44,363 nt of DNA from an uncultured Porphyromonadaceae bacterium. GTDB lineage: Bacteria > Bacteroidota > Bacteroidia > Bacteroidales > UBA12481. Position 1 is the stretch's first letter. Every line of letters starts with the position of its first letter. Below are positions 1-9,290 of the stretch, piece after piece. Under the pieces are notes generated by a model that was not told the DNA's origin, searched no databases, and saw nothing but the letters and a program-made list of their open reading frames with translations. The translations under genes were made by a program, and so were the position numbers. The stretch is from NCBI GenBank assembly GCA_964444375.1, contig CAYUGX010000004.1:1-44363 (forward strand), written 5' to 3'.

Positions 1-135
1 ATTTTGTGCCTAAATTTATCGGTCCAAAACGGTCAACGTATTTCAGTCGAGGACATAGATGATTCCAGCTGTGATGAACCGTGTTGGCGGCCAAATGACG
101 GTGAGGTGGATTGCAAGATCATTTTAACACCTTAA

Positions 136-3100
136 CTAGTAAACGACTTCAATTACTTCACCCGATTTCAAATACAAGAGAAATCCTTTCACAGATTGGT
201 AGCCCATTGATTTAAGCGTCTTGCAATACTTCCTTACCTGCTTTTTGTGTCCATTAAGGGCTTTACCTGTTTTATACTCTATAATACAGGCCTCCGTACC
301 GTCTACAAATACCTGATCGGGTCGCAGCACTGATCCATCATTCAGTAAAATACTTCTTTCGGTTAATGATGAATAGCGGCCAGAATAGTAATTCGACACG
401 AGGGGATTGTTGACCAGTCTCTTAATCTCATAATTCAGTTGTTGGCCTTCTCCTGGCGTAAATTGATTTGCATTTACATATCGATCAATGGTATCATCTA
501 TATCAAGTACTGAATTAAGGTGGCTCAATAGTTCATGAACTATTTTACCCTGTCGGGTTTCTGCAGATTCAACCTCACTTTTTTCGGGCTCAGCGAGGAA
601 ATGATCGCCTACCGGATACTGATCTTGCCTGCAAACATCGGTGACATTGGCATCTGTCACAGAGGCATTTCGTGTATCTGCATCCCCAAACCAATACGAT
701 TTCTCAAGATTCACATTGAGCACCTCATCGATAATTCCAGCCACCCTAGTCAATCTTGTTCTATTTTTTTCAGGTGTGAACACATACAGCATATCTATGG
801 CCCGGGTAAATGCCACATACAGCAAATTCAGATTATCAAGGTAGACCTGCATTTTCTCAATTAAATAGGGTGCTGATAAATGAGCCTTTACCATATTCTT
901 TTGATAGCTTACCGGTATACGTCTTTGTTCATCCAATACACCGAACGGATCCTCGAGCCATAAAACCGGTGCATTCTGAGCATTGTGGTCCAGATTCCAA
1001 TCGGCCTCGGGCATGATCACTACCGGGAATTCCAGTCCTTTCGCTTTATGAATTGTCATTACCCGAAGTGTATCTGAAGCATCAGTCATCGGAAGCAATT
1101 CCAGGCTACCTGTGGATTCCCACCATTCGTAAAACTCGACTGTTTCCAGAGTCATACCCTTATTTGTTCCATCGAGCAAGATTTGTTTCAACCCGATGAG
1201 AAACGGGGCAGCACCTGCATACTGAGTTAATTCTAAAAATGAAATGATGACTTCCAGACAATCCTGTAGTGAGGAACTATCAAGATTCGATAGCATACCG
1301 TCAAAGTCCTTCCCAAGCCATTTGTTTATTTCGGATTGGTTCTGTGTGATATGCAGCAGTTCATTGTAAAACCCATCCGGGAGGTGATCATTGCCTAAAC
1401 GAGCATACTCAATCGCAAATTTTCCAAGTATATGTAAATTTTCACGATCGTGAATCAAAGCGATGGCACAGGCCAAACAATTCAGACCCGGGGATGCATT
1501 GAGACGGTAGGTTTGAGTAGATACCAGGTTGAGTTTAACAGATTCTGGAAATACATTTGAAGTCGCATAAGTATCGAAGTACCGGATAAGTTCAGCACAC
1601 TGCTTATTGTTTCGCACCAGAAAAACAATATCGCCGGGTTGATATCCTTTTTCTGACTGTAATTCTATTGTGAGCTTGACCAAATCCTGGTAATGCACCG
1701 GTGCCTGGTTAAGCTCTTCATTTGGTGTGAAACTCACTTGCACCAAGCCACCCTTTGCTTTGCGGCCGATTTTCTGCCGTAAACCAGCGTAGGCCAATTT
1801 AAATTGGTCTAATCGTGGTTGAAGAAGTGGGTGTTCTTCAATTTGGACGGTCAACTCATCTGTTACTATCTGATGTGCTTTTTCAAAAAAGATATTATTA
1901 AACTCAATAATGGCTGGTCTGCTTCTAAAATTGAATTCAAGGTTGATCTCTTTTGGATCGCCTCCTTCAAGATCTTGTTTAGCTCGACCGGCCATTAACT
2001 CCCACGAACTATTTCTCCATCGGTAAATGGATTGTTTGATGTCACCAACCAATAAGTTTTGTCCACCTGAGGCGATACTGTCGTTGATCAGAGGCAGGAA
2101 GTTTTGCCATTGCAAAACTGAGGTATCCTGAAACTCATCAATCATAAAATGATCAAAGAAAACACCCATTTTCTCATACAGATACGGGGTTGGTTGATCT
2201 GCCACCACCTGTCTGATCAGGGGGTTGGTTAAAGCCAGTAAGAAATTTCTGTTCTCCTTCCCTACTCCGATGATCTCATTTGCGATCACCTGAGCCATTG
2301 CCAGAGAAGGTATCTTTTGAACTACCAGGTTGGCAGTAAGGTAATCAGTACTGTGTTCGTCATGCAAACGGTTAGCACGAACCAACAGCTGAAAAAGGTC
2401 TGATTTTACTGCCTGTATGACCGCATTCTGCTTATTTTGCTCGCTTTTTTTCTTGACCCAAGACTTCTCCGGTTCTAGGAAGGCCCGCCTCGACTTTGGA
2501 TCTGTTTCTTTCGGATCCAGGTGACTCAGGTACCCAACAGGTCCGTTTCGGCCTCCAAAAAAGTCAGTCATACTGAGTCCATGGAGATCCAGCACTTGCC
2601 TAGCACGACTTTTTATCTCAAAGACTTCATGTTGAAAATCATTAATTAAACGATCCAGCTTATTCTTGTATTCAAGCAAATTACCTGCTGACAACGCCTC
2701 ACTACTGGGATTAAAAAAGTGAATAGACAGGTTTTCTTTGAGCAATTCATGGCCCATGCTTTTCAGATCGTTCTCGAAGCGTTTCCAGGGATACCCATTA
2801 TCGATGTGCTGTTGGATGGCGCTAATAATCCATTTAGCTTCTGGGCTTTCCTGATCAAAGCCACGGAATACCCGTTCGATGGCCTGATCGATTGTGTTTG
2901 CCGTATTTAATTCAATTTCATATCCTGTAAACAAGCCTACCTCACGAGAGAACACCCGCAATATATGTTGAAAGAACTCATCTATTGTACCAATAGAGAA
3001 CCGCGAATAATCAAACAAAATTAACTGAAGAATATTTCTTGCACGTGCAATCAGTCGCCCAGGTTCAATCTCCAAAGCATGCGAAATATAGTTCCCATGT

Positions 3101-3312
3101 TCACTATGCTTCAGATCTCCTTTCGCCAGGCATACAAGTTCTTCAAGAATCCGGCTTTTCAGTTCAATCGCAGCCTTATTGGTGAAAGTGACCGCCAGTG
3201 TTCTTTTGTAATTAGTTACCTGGTCGAAGAGTAATAACAGAAATTGTCTGGTGAGACTGTAGGTTTTTCCAGATCCTGCTGAAGCCTTGTATATCAAAAA
3301 CTCACTTCCCAT
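136..3312 (-). CDS. UvrD/AddA-type ATP-dependent helicase with C-terminal PD-(D/E)XK nuclease domain
   Basis: SF1A motifs ASAGSGKT, TFTNKAA, IDEFQDT, VGDIKQSIYRWR, MTIHKAKGLEF and YVAFTRA; C-terminal RPD...EYKTG nuclease motif. Start placed at ATG 3312 (MGSEF), overlapping the upstream stop. Confidence 0.9.
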   Translation of the reverse strand: MGSEFLIYKASAGSGKTYSLTRQFLLLLFDQVTNYKRTLAVTFTNKAAIELKSRILEELVCLAKGDLKHSEHGNYISHALEIEPGRLIARARNILQLILFDYSRFSIGTIDEFFQHILRVFSREVGLFTGYEIELNTANTIDQAIERVFRGFDQESPEAKWIISAIQQHIDNGYPWKRFENDLKSMGHELLKENLSIHFFNPSSEALSAGNLLEYKNKLDRLINDFQHEVFEIKSRARQVLDLHGLSMTDFFGGRNGPVGYLSHLDPKETDPKSRRAFLEPEKSWVKKKSEQNKQNAVIQAVKSDLFQLLVRANRLHDEHSTDYLTANLVVQKIPSLAMAQVIANEIIGVGKENRNFLLALTNPLIRQVVADQPTPYLYEKMGVFFDHFMIDEFQDTSVLQWQNFLPLINDSIASGGQNLLVGDIKQSIYRWRNSSWELMAGRAKQDLEGGDPKEINLEFNFRSRPAIIEFNNIFFEKAHQIVTDELTVQIEEHPLLQPRLDQFKLAYAGLRQKIGRKAKGGLVQVSFTPNEELNQAPVHYQDLVKLTIELQSEKGYQPGDIVFLVRNNKQCAELIRYFDTYATSNVFPESVKLNLVSTQTYRLNASPGLNCLACAIALIHDRENLHILGKFAIEYARLGNDHLPDGFYNELLHITQNQSEINKWLGKDFDGMLSNLDSSSLQDCLEVIISFLELTQYAGAAPFLIGLKQILLDGTNKGMTLETVEFYEWWESTGSLELLPMTDASDTLRVMTIHKAKGLEFPVVIMPEADWNLDHNAQNAPVLWLEDPFGVLDEQRRIPVSYQKNMVKAHLSAPYLIEKMQVYLDNLNLLYVAFTRAIDMLYVFTPEKNRTRLTRVAGIIDEVLNVNLEKSYWFGDADTRNASVTDANVTDVCRQDQYPVGDHFLAEPEKSEVESAETRQGKIVHELLSHLNSVLDIDDTIDRYVNANQFTPGEGQQLNYEIKRLVNNPLVSNYYSGRYSSLTERSILLNDGSVLRPDQVFVDGTEACIIEYKTGKALNGHKKQVRKYCKTLKSMGYQSVKGFLLYLKSGEVIEVVY

Positions 3313-4057
3313 GCTTGGGGAATATAGGCAAAAATCCATCACCAAGTTTTACGCGCCTGGCTGCCCGATTGAGATTATCTGAGGTCCCCAAATCAAACCA
3401 GTAATCATCTGAATGGTCAAATCCAGCAATGGGGAAGTCTTTTGACTGTTCAAGTAGCCAGGGCATAATCGAAAAAACCGGATCATCTGGGAAAAGGGTG
3501 AAGAAATCCGGATTCATGACATAGATCCCGCTGAAGGCTGTTTCTGCATAGCCTTCTTTTGAACGGCGCGAAATGATTCGCATGTGCTTTTCAGGATATT
3601 CCCATCCAGCTAAAAGGCCATCATGGTTGAATAATAAGTTTCTTGAGGTATCTCGGTTTTTGACGGCCAAGGTGACCGGAGCTCCGTGATCCAGATGGAA
3701 ATCCATTAGCGCTTTCAGGTCGATATCCGATAGGATATCAATATTATGGAATAGAACAGGTAAATCACCGAGCAGGTAGGCAGCCCTTTTGATTCCACCA
3801 CCGGTATCAAATAATTACGATTCTTCTGAGAAAGTGATCTTTAGTCCAAAGTTGCCCTGTGATCTGACATATTCAATAATTTGGTCTTTGTGGTGGTATA
3901 CATTGATCACCAGTTCATTGAACCCAACTTCAGCCAACTGACTAATAATCATCTTTAAGATTGGTACACCATGAAATGGGACAAGTGCTTTGGGCATTTG
4001 CTCAGTCAGTGGCAATAACCTGGTTCCTTTTCCAGCTGCCAGAATCATGGCTTTCAT
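3302..4057 (-). pseudogene. MurU-like sugar-phosphate nucleotidyltransferase interrupted by an in-frame TAA at 3815-3817
   Basis: ORFs 3815..4057 and 3302..3706 share a frame. Read-through gives MKAMILAAGKGTRL...PKAL...SEES*LFDTGGGIKRAAYLLGDLPVLFHNIDILSDIDLKALMDFH, a continuous nucleotidyltransferase sequence. A sequencing error is possible. Confidence 0.8.
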
Positions 4058-5091
4058 ACGACGATGGTCTTGATCTGTTGTTCAATTTTTAAGCGAAAAG
4101 ATGATTCGGGAAGAAGTGACAAGATCCTTTTTAGTTCAGGGAAGTGGAAAGGAAAACTATAGTTCTCAATGATCCATTTGAAGTTATCCAGCGCAAACGG
4201 AATACTCTGCAAAAAATGGGTTTTACCCTCAAATATTCCTCTGAATCCAAAAGCACCGAGGGCTTGCAACTTTCTGATCAAAACAAAGCCTGGATAAAGC
4301 CGGGTAAACTCTTTGATGTCAAAATGCCCATATTGGCTGGCCTTACTTAAATAGGAAACAAGTAATGATTCTCTAAGATCGACTGATAAATCTGCTTTTG
4401 CGTCAAAAAGAAGTGAGGCCAGATCATACGCTGGGTGGCCTTTTCTACCGCCTTGAAAATCAATAAACCAAACCCTTTCATCATGGACCATTATGTTTCG
4501 GGTTTGGAAATCACGGTACATAAAAAAATTCCTCGGTGCTGACTTTAAGACACCTATTAGAGTATCAAAATCGTTCTCCAGGGCTTGTTCGTTGAATACA
4601 ACCCCGGTAAATTTAAGGAAATGGTACTTGAAATAATTCAGATCCCACCGCATCGACTGCGAATCAAAGGCTTCACGCGGATAGGCAATCCCATAATCGA
4701 GTCCTTCATGGGCTTTGACCTGGAACTCGGGAAGAAGACTGACTGCCGATTCAAGGTATTGTTTGCAATTGCATGAAGACTCGGTTTCATGTTGCAAAAT
4801 AGAGAATAAGGTCTGGTCACCCAGATCTTGCTGCAAGTAAACCTTTTCTCTTAGATCATCCACCAATACCTCAGGTACTGAAAGCCCTTGCTCCCTGAAA
4901 TGCTTGGCAAAATGAACAAAAGCCCGGTTTTCAGCGTCATCATGGTGGTGCACACCAACCACTGATAGATCATTGTGCCGAATGCGATAATACTGTCTGG
5001 CCGAACCCGATTCGGGTAAAGGCAAAATGGTCTGGGCAACATGTCCAGACCATTTCGTAAATAAGGTTAATAATTTCTCTTCAGCGGTCAT
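4054..5091 (-). CDS. Aminoglycoside-phosphotransferase-fold kinase, AmgK-like anomeric MurNAc/GlcNAc kinase
   Basis: SGSARQYYR, YRDFQTRNIM, IDFQGG and YDLASLL motifs; 4-nt overlap with the nucleotidyltransferase start. Confidence 0.8.
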   Translation of the reverse strand: MTAEEKLLTLFTKWSGHVAQTILPLPESGSARQYYRIRHNDLSVVGVHHHDDAENRAFVHFAKHFREQGLSVPEVLVDDLREKVYLQQDLGDQTLFSILQHETESSCNCKQYLESAVSLLPEFQVKAHEGLDYGIAYPREAFDSQSMRWDLNYFKYHFLKFTGVVFNEQALENDFDTLIGVLKSAPRNFFMYRDFQTRNIMVHDERVWFIDFQGGRKGHPAYDLASLLFDAKADLSVDLRESLLVSYLSKASQYGHFDIKEFTRLYPGFVLIRKLQALGAFGFRGIFEGKTHFLQSIPFALDNFKWIIENYSFPFHFPELKRILSLLPESSFRLKIEQQIKTIVV

Positions 5092-5097
5092 GTTCCA

Positions 5098-6633
5098 CTA
5101 TTTCGCAAAACTAACGGCTCGGGTTTCTCGAATTACTGTGATTTTCACCTGTCCTGGATAGGTCAATTCGTCTTGAATCTTCTTGGCTATATCATAGGAG
5201 AGTGACTCAGCATCTTTATCGTTGACTTTTTCACTACCCACAATTACGCGCAGCTCACGACCGGCCTGGATGGCATAGGTTTTCACGACGCCAGGGTAGC
5301 TGAGTGCCATGTTTTCTAATTCCTTGAGACGTTTGATATAAGACTCAACAGCTTCTCTTCGTGCTCCTGGACGGGCTCCTGAAATAGCATCGCAAACTTG
5401 TACGATAGGCGCTAATAAGGTGGTCATCTCGACTTCTTCATGATGAGATCCAATCGCGTTGCATACATCAGGCTTTTCTTTGAATTTTTCAGCCAATTTC
5501 ATACCCAGGAGTGCATGCGGCAATTCTGGTTCATCATCAGCCACTTTACCGATGTCGTGTAGAAGACCAGCCCTTTTGGCTAATTTGGCATTCAAACCGA
5601 TCTCGGCGGCCATGATAGCGCACAAATTGGCTACTTCGCGTGAGTGTTGCAATAAATTCTGTCCGTATGAAGAACGATATTTCATTTTACCCACTAATCG
5701 AATCAGCTCAGGATGAAGGCCATGAATGCCCAAATCTATCGTGGTGCGTTTGCCGGTTTCAATGATTTCATCCTCTATCTGTTTGTGTACTTTACCTACT
5801 ACCTCTTCGATTCTTGCAGGATGAATTCGACCATCTGTAACTAGTTGATGAAGAGCCAATCGGGCAACCTCTCTACGAACTGGATCGAACGCCGACAGAA
5901 TAATGGCTTCAGGCGTATCATCGACAATGATCTCAACCCCTGTAGCAGCCTCAAGGGCCCGGATGTTTCTTCCTTCACGCCCAATTATTCGTCCCTTGAT
6001 GTCATCGTTGTCAATATTGAAGACGGTCACAGAATTTTCGATGGCTTCTTCTGAGGCCACTCGCTGGATGGTGTTCAATACGATCCGTTTGGCTTCTTTG
6101 TTGGCAGTCATTTTTGCCTCTTCCATAGCATCGCTAATGTATCCCATGGCTTCGGCCTTTGCATCCGATTTAAGTGATTCAACCAATTGTGATTTTGCTT
6201 CATTGGCTGAAAGACCAGAAATGGCTTCTAACTGCTCAACAGCCTGTTTATGTGAACGTTCCAGCTCTTCGGTACGTTTCGTAACCAGATCCATCTGATT
6301 GGTCAGATTCTCCCGGATTGAATCAACTTCTTTTTTCTTTCTTTGATGGTCTTCAATTCTTTGAGAAAGAGAAGCTTCGCGTTGTTTTAGTTTGTTTTCG
6401 GTCATCAAGATTTTACTATTCTTCTCGTTGATGGCCTTTTCATGTTCGGTTTTCAGTTGCAAGAATTTTTCCTTGGCCTGAAGGATCTTGTCCTTTTTTA
6501 TCATTTCTGCCTCATTCTCAGCCTCTACTATGATATTGCGTGATTTATTCATCAGCATCAATCGGCCAAAATAAAAGGCAATGGCTCCACCCACTACAAA
6601 AGCGGCAGCCCCTATTAGTATCTCATTAATCAT
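5098..6633 (-). CDS. rny: Ribonuclease Y
   Basis: N-terminal TM helix, coiled coil, KH domain ([13 protein letters not shown]), HD domain (LLHDIGK), C-terminal [10 protein letters not shown]. First ATG at 6633. Confidence 0.97.
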   Translation of the reverse strand: MINEILIGAAAFVVGGAIAFYFGRLMLMNKSRNIIVEAENEAEMIKKDKILQAKEKFLQLKTEHEKAINEKNSKILMTENKLKQREASLSQRIEDHQRKKKEVDSIRENLTNQMDLVTKRTEELERSHKQAVEQLEAISGLSANEAKSQLVESLKSDAKAEAMGYISDAMEEAKMTANKEAKRIVLNTIQRVASEEAIENSVTVFNIDNDDIKGRIIGREGRNIRALEAATGVEIIVDDTPEAIILSAFDPVRREVARLALHQLVTDGRIHPARIEEVVGKVHKQIEDEIIETGKRTTIDLGIHGLHPELIRLVGKMKYRSSYGQNLLQHSREVANLCAIMAAEIGLNAKLAKRAGLLHDIGKVADDEPELPHALLGMKLAEKFKEKPDVCNAIGSHHEEVEMTTLLAPIVQVCDAISGARPGARREAVESYIKRLKELENMALSYPGVVKTYAIQAGRELRVIVGSEKVNDKDAESLSYDIAKKIQDELTYPGQVKITVIRETRAVSFAK

Positions 6634-6660
6634 AATCAATTAGGTGTTATATATATAAAA

Positions 6661-6854
6661 ACCCGTATCATCCTTTGCAAGAAAACCCCAATTCTGTCAG
6701 GGAAGGAGCCGCCAATTGTCTCGAACGTCCACCGGTTTCCGAAGAAACTCTCCCGACGAGTCGGGATAAAAGAGGCCTGTCCTAAACAACTATGAGCTTA
6801 ACTCCAATTTGATAAGTGTTGAGTTTTACAAATACGCAAAGGATTAATACGGGT
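6661..6854 (-). ncRNA. ssrS: 6S RNA
   Basis: About 194 nt between zapA and rny. Closing stem ACCCGUAUUAAUCCUUUGC/GCAAAGGAUGAUACGGGU, then AAAACUCAA/UUGGGGUUUU, a central bubble, GGAGUU/GGCUCC and AGUUGUUU/AGACAAUU; apical C(UUCG)G hairpin; U-run after the 3' end. The position downstream of zapA is typical of 6S. Confidence 0.85.
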
Positions 6855-6879
6855 AGTATTTTTTATGCAAAGAACGCTG

Positions 6880-7170
6880 TTACTCTTTTTTCACGAAATC
6901 ATCAACTTCCTCAGTCAATTCTTTTATCACAGACATCATTGGTCGTTCATCAATCTTTTCTTCCAACTCCAATTCCTTTAACACAAATTGCAACGCAGCC
7001 ATTGACAAAAAATCTTGTAAGTCTTTATCTCTGTATCGCTGCTTATATTGTGCTATTTTGTCATTTATCAACTTCGCTGCCTTCCTAAATCGCTCCTCAT
7101 CTTTCCGCTCAATGATCAGTGGATAGTAACGCCCTGCAATCTGCAACTTAATGTGGAATTTACCATCCAT
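6880..7170 (-). CDS. zapA: Cell division protein ZapA
   Basis: IKLQIAGRYYPL...EERFRKAAKLIN...LSMAAL pattern, 96 aa, upstream of 6S/rny. Confidence 0.92.
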   Translation of the reverse strand: MDGKFHIKLQIAGRYYPLIIERKDEERFRKAAKLINDKIAQYKQRYRDKDLQDFLSMAALQFVLKELELEEKIDERPMMSVIKELTEEVDDFVKKE

Positions 7171-7177
7171 TTCACCA

Positions 7178-7471
7178 CTATCTGTTCAAAAGAGCAATAC
7201 AATCATCTATCTCCCGCACAATCCTGTTAATTTCTGCTCTGGCTTGCTTTGAATCCTCATCTTTGGCCAGAACTCCTGTGGCTAATTTCGCCGTGTTATA
7301 CTGTTGCTCTAATGTTTCTATTCTAATTTTCTTCTCACTAACCTGGTCAGCTAAGACCTGGTTCTCCTGGACAATTTGCAAGTATTGCTTTTTCAGTGCA
7401 GAATACTTTGCCATTAACAAGTGAACCTGATTCTTCAATGCTTTAACAATCTCCTCCTGTTCACCGGTCAT
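7178..7471 (-). CDS. Small coiled-coil protein (ZapB-like) upstream of zapA
   Basis: 97 aa heptad-rich; C-terminal INRIVREIDDCIALLN typical of the Bacteroidota gene preceding zapA. Confidence 0.8.
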   Translation of the reverse strand: MTGEQEEIVKALKNQVHLLMAKYSALKKQYLQIVQENQVLADQVSEKKIRIETLEQQYNTAKLATGVLAKDEDSKQARAEINRIVREIDDCIALLNR

Positions 7472-7485
7472 TATCCTTTTTAAAA

Positions 7486-7530
7486 CAAAAATACTACTCC
7501 TCGGGGTGAAATCAAAATTTTATAATTTTG
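7486..7530. promoter_or_regulatory. Divergent pair of Bacteroidota primary-sigma -7 boxes
   Basis: TATTTTTG on minus (7486-7493) toward the zapB-like gene and TAATTTTG on plus (7523-7530) toward the M23 gene; both match TAnnTTTG. Confidence 0.7.
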
Positions 7531-7536
7531 GCCCTC

Positions 7537-9270
7537 ATGACACCAGTCAAATACAGCAGGTATTTCTACATATCGTTTTTCATGCTTGTGAGCATGCTTT
7601 CATCTTTACGGGCCCAGCCCATAACAGATCACAAATTTCTGTCTCCATTAAAGATCCCTCTTGTTCTAGCCGGCAATTTTGGCGAGATAAGGGGCAATCA
7701 TTTCCACTCGGGTCTTGATTTTAAAACCAATGGAGCAAGCGGCCATGCAGTACATGCCAGTGCGAGCGGTTTCATTGCACGAATCAAAGTGGAGCCTGGC
7801 GGATATGGAAAAGCTTTATATGTTCAGCATCCGAATGGGTATACTACTTTGTACGGACATCTGTCCTCATTCAGAAAGGATATTGCTGAGTATGTCAAAG
7901 AAATACAATACCAGAAAGAGCGTTTCTCCGTCGATTTGTATTTGTCGCCCCAGCAATTCAAGTTAAACGCTGGCGATTTCATAGCACTATCAGGTAACAC
8001 CGGCAGCTCCCAGGCGCCCCATTTGCATTTTGAAATACGTGAAAGTGCAAACCAACACCCGGTTAATCCTCTATTGTATCCTTTTACTGTCAATGATAAC
8101 CGTCCACCCCAAATAAAGAACATTCTCCTTTACAGCCTCGAGGGACGGTATGACTTGAAAAGACCTTATGTTGTAGAAGTTTCTGGGAGCAATGGAAGAT
8201 ACAGAAGCAAATCGAATGTCAGTTTTCCTGTCGATCAGATTGCAGGAATCGGAATTGAAGCGATTGACTATCTTGACGATAGTTCTAATAAATGCGGGGT
8301 ATACTCCATTGACTTACAGGTTGACGGTCAGACGATCTTCCAAAGTCGTTTAGATGAGTTTTCTTTCTCAGAAAGCAGATATATAAATACGCTGATTGAC
8401 TATCGTCTTTACACTGAATCGCGTCAACAGGTCATTAAAACCTATCTAGATCCCAATAACCCGCTTAGTATATATGATTTTATTAAGAATCAGGGAAAAA
8501 TTGTTCTCACCGATCATGAAGACCATCTGGTCTCAATCCAGATAACAGATGTGCACGGAAATCAATCGAATATTGAATTTCTCATACATCTCAGCCCCGA
8601 TTCTTACCAACCGTATGAGCTTGACTTACCATTTTACTCAGCGTATTTCAGTTACCAAGAAAATCACCGTTTTGAAGATCAGGGAATCACTTTGGATTTC
8701 AGCAGTCGGTCATTTTATGACAATATATACTTCAGATATCAGCAAGAGCCCATGCAGCCTGGGACCTATACTCCTTTGCACCGTATTCATGACGAGGGAG
8801 TTCCTGTTCACCGAAGCTACCGTCTAGCCTTACAGCCTACCGGGCTACCTGAAGAATTTGAACCATTTGCGTTGATAGTCAAGCTCGACAGTGCAAATGG
8901 TCCGGTTCCCGTTGGCGGAAACTGGGAAGGCGAACTTCTGGTGACACAAACACGGAATTTTGGTAATTATACCATTATGCTCGACAGCATTGCCCCGAGC
9001 ATCAGGTTCCAGGGCCAATCAAATGCCGAAGGAATAAAGGTTGGCTCGAAAATAAGTTTTAAGATTGACGATGACTTTTCGGGTATTTCTTCCTATCGCG
9101 GAACCCTTGATGGCCAGTGGATATTATTCGAATGGGATCCCAAGACCAATAGGCTGTTTCATAAAACTGATTCGAGGCTCCTACCAAAAAATGTGGCAAA
9201 ACAGCTTCGACTTACAGTGATTGACCGGGTTGGAAATCGCAGTATATTTACTCAAATGATAAAACGATAA
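7537..9270 (+). CDS. M23 family metallopeptidase, exported
   Basis: Signal-like N-terminus; HSGLD (HxxxD), GYG, YGHL and PHLHFE (HxH) motifs. ATG 7537 preferred because the TTG at 7528 lies inside the promoter box. Confidence 0.9.
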   Translation: MTPVKYSRYFYISFFMLVSMLSSLRAQPITDHKFLSPLKIPLVLAGNFGEIRGNHFHSGLDFKTNGASGHAVHASASGFIARIKVEPGGYGKALYVQHPNGYTTLYGHLSSFRKDIAEYVKEIQYQKERFSVDLYLSPQQFKLNAGDFIALSGNTGSSQAPHLHFEIRESANQHPVNPLLYPFTVNDNRPPQIKNILLYSLEGRYDLKRPYVVEVSGSNGRYRSKSNVSFPVDQIAGIGIEAIDYLDDSSNKCGVYSIDLQVDGQTIFQSRLDEFSFSESRYINTLIDYRLYTESRQQVIKTYLDPNNPLSIYDFIKNQGKIVLTDHEDHLVSIQITDVHGNQSNIEFLIHLSPDSYQPYELDLPFYSAYFSYQENHRFEDQGITLDFSSRSFYDNIYFRYQQEPMQPGTYTPLHRIHDEGVPVHRSYRLALQPTGLPEEFEPFALIVKLDSANGPVPVGGNWEGELLVTQTRNFGNYTIMLDSIAPSIRFQGQSNAEGIKVGSKISFKIDDDFSGISSYRGTLDGQWILFEWDPKTNRLFHKTDSRLLPKNVAKQLRLTVIDRVGNRSIFTQMIKR

Positions 9271-9290
9271 ACCAATAATAACAGTATAGA

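Noticed and set aside
1-135. Open plus-strand frame ending in TAA at 133-135, abutting the helicase stop; also checked for an addB start on minus
   Set aside because: Only 44 codons with no recognisable motif, and the minus-strand ATG frame closes after 29 codons. It may be a gene's 3' end but cannot be supported.
3815-3817. Stop-codon recoding (Sec, Pyl or alternative genetic code) in the murU-like gene
   Set aside because: The codon is TAA, not TGA or TAG, and TAA terminates many intact genes in this window.
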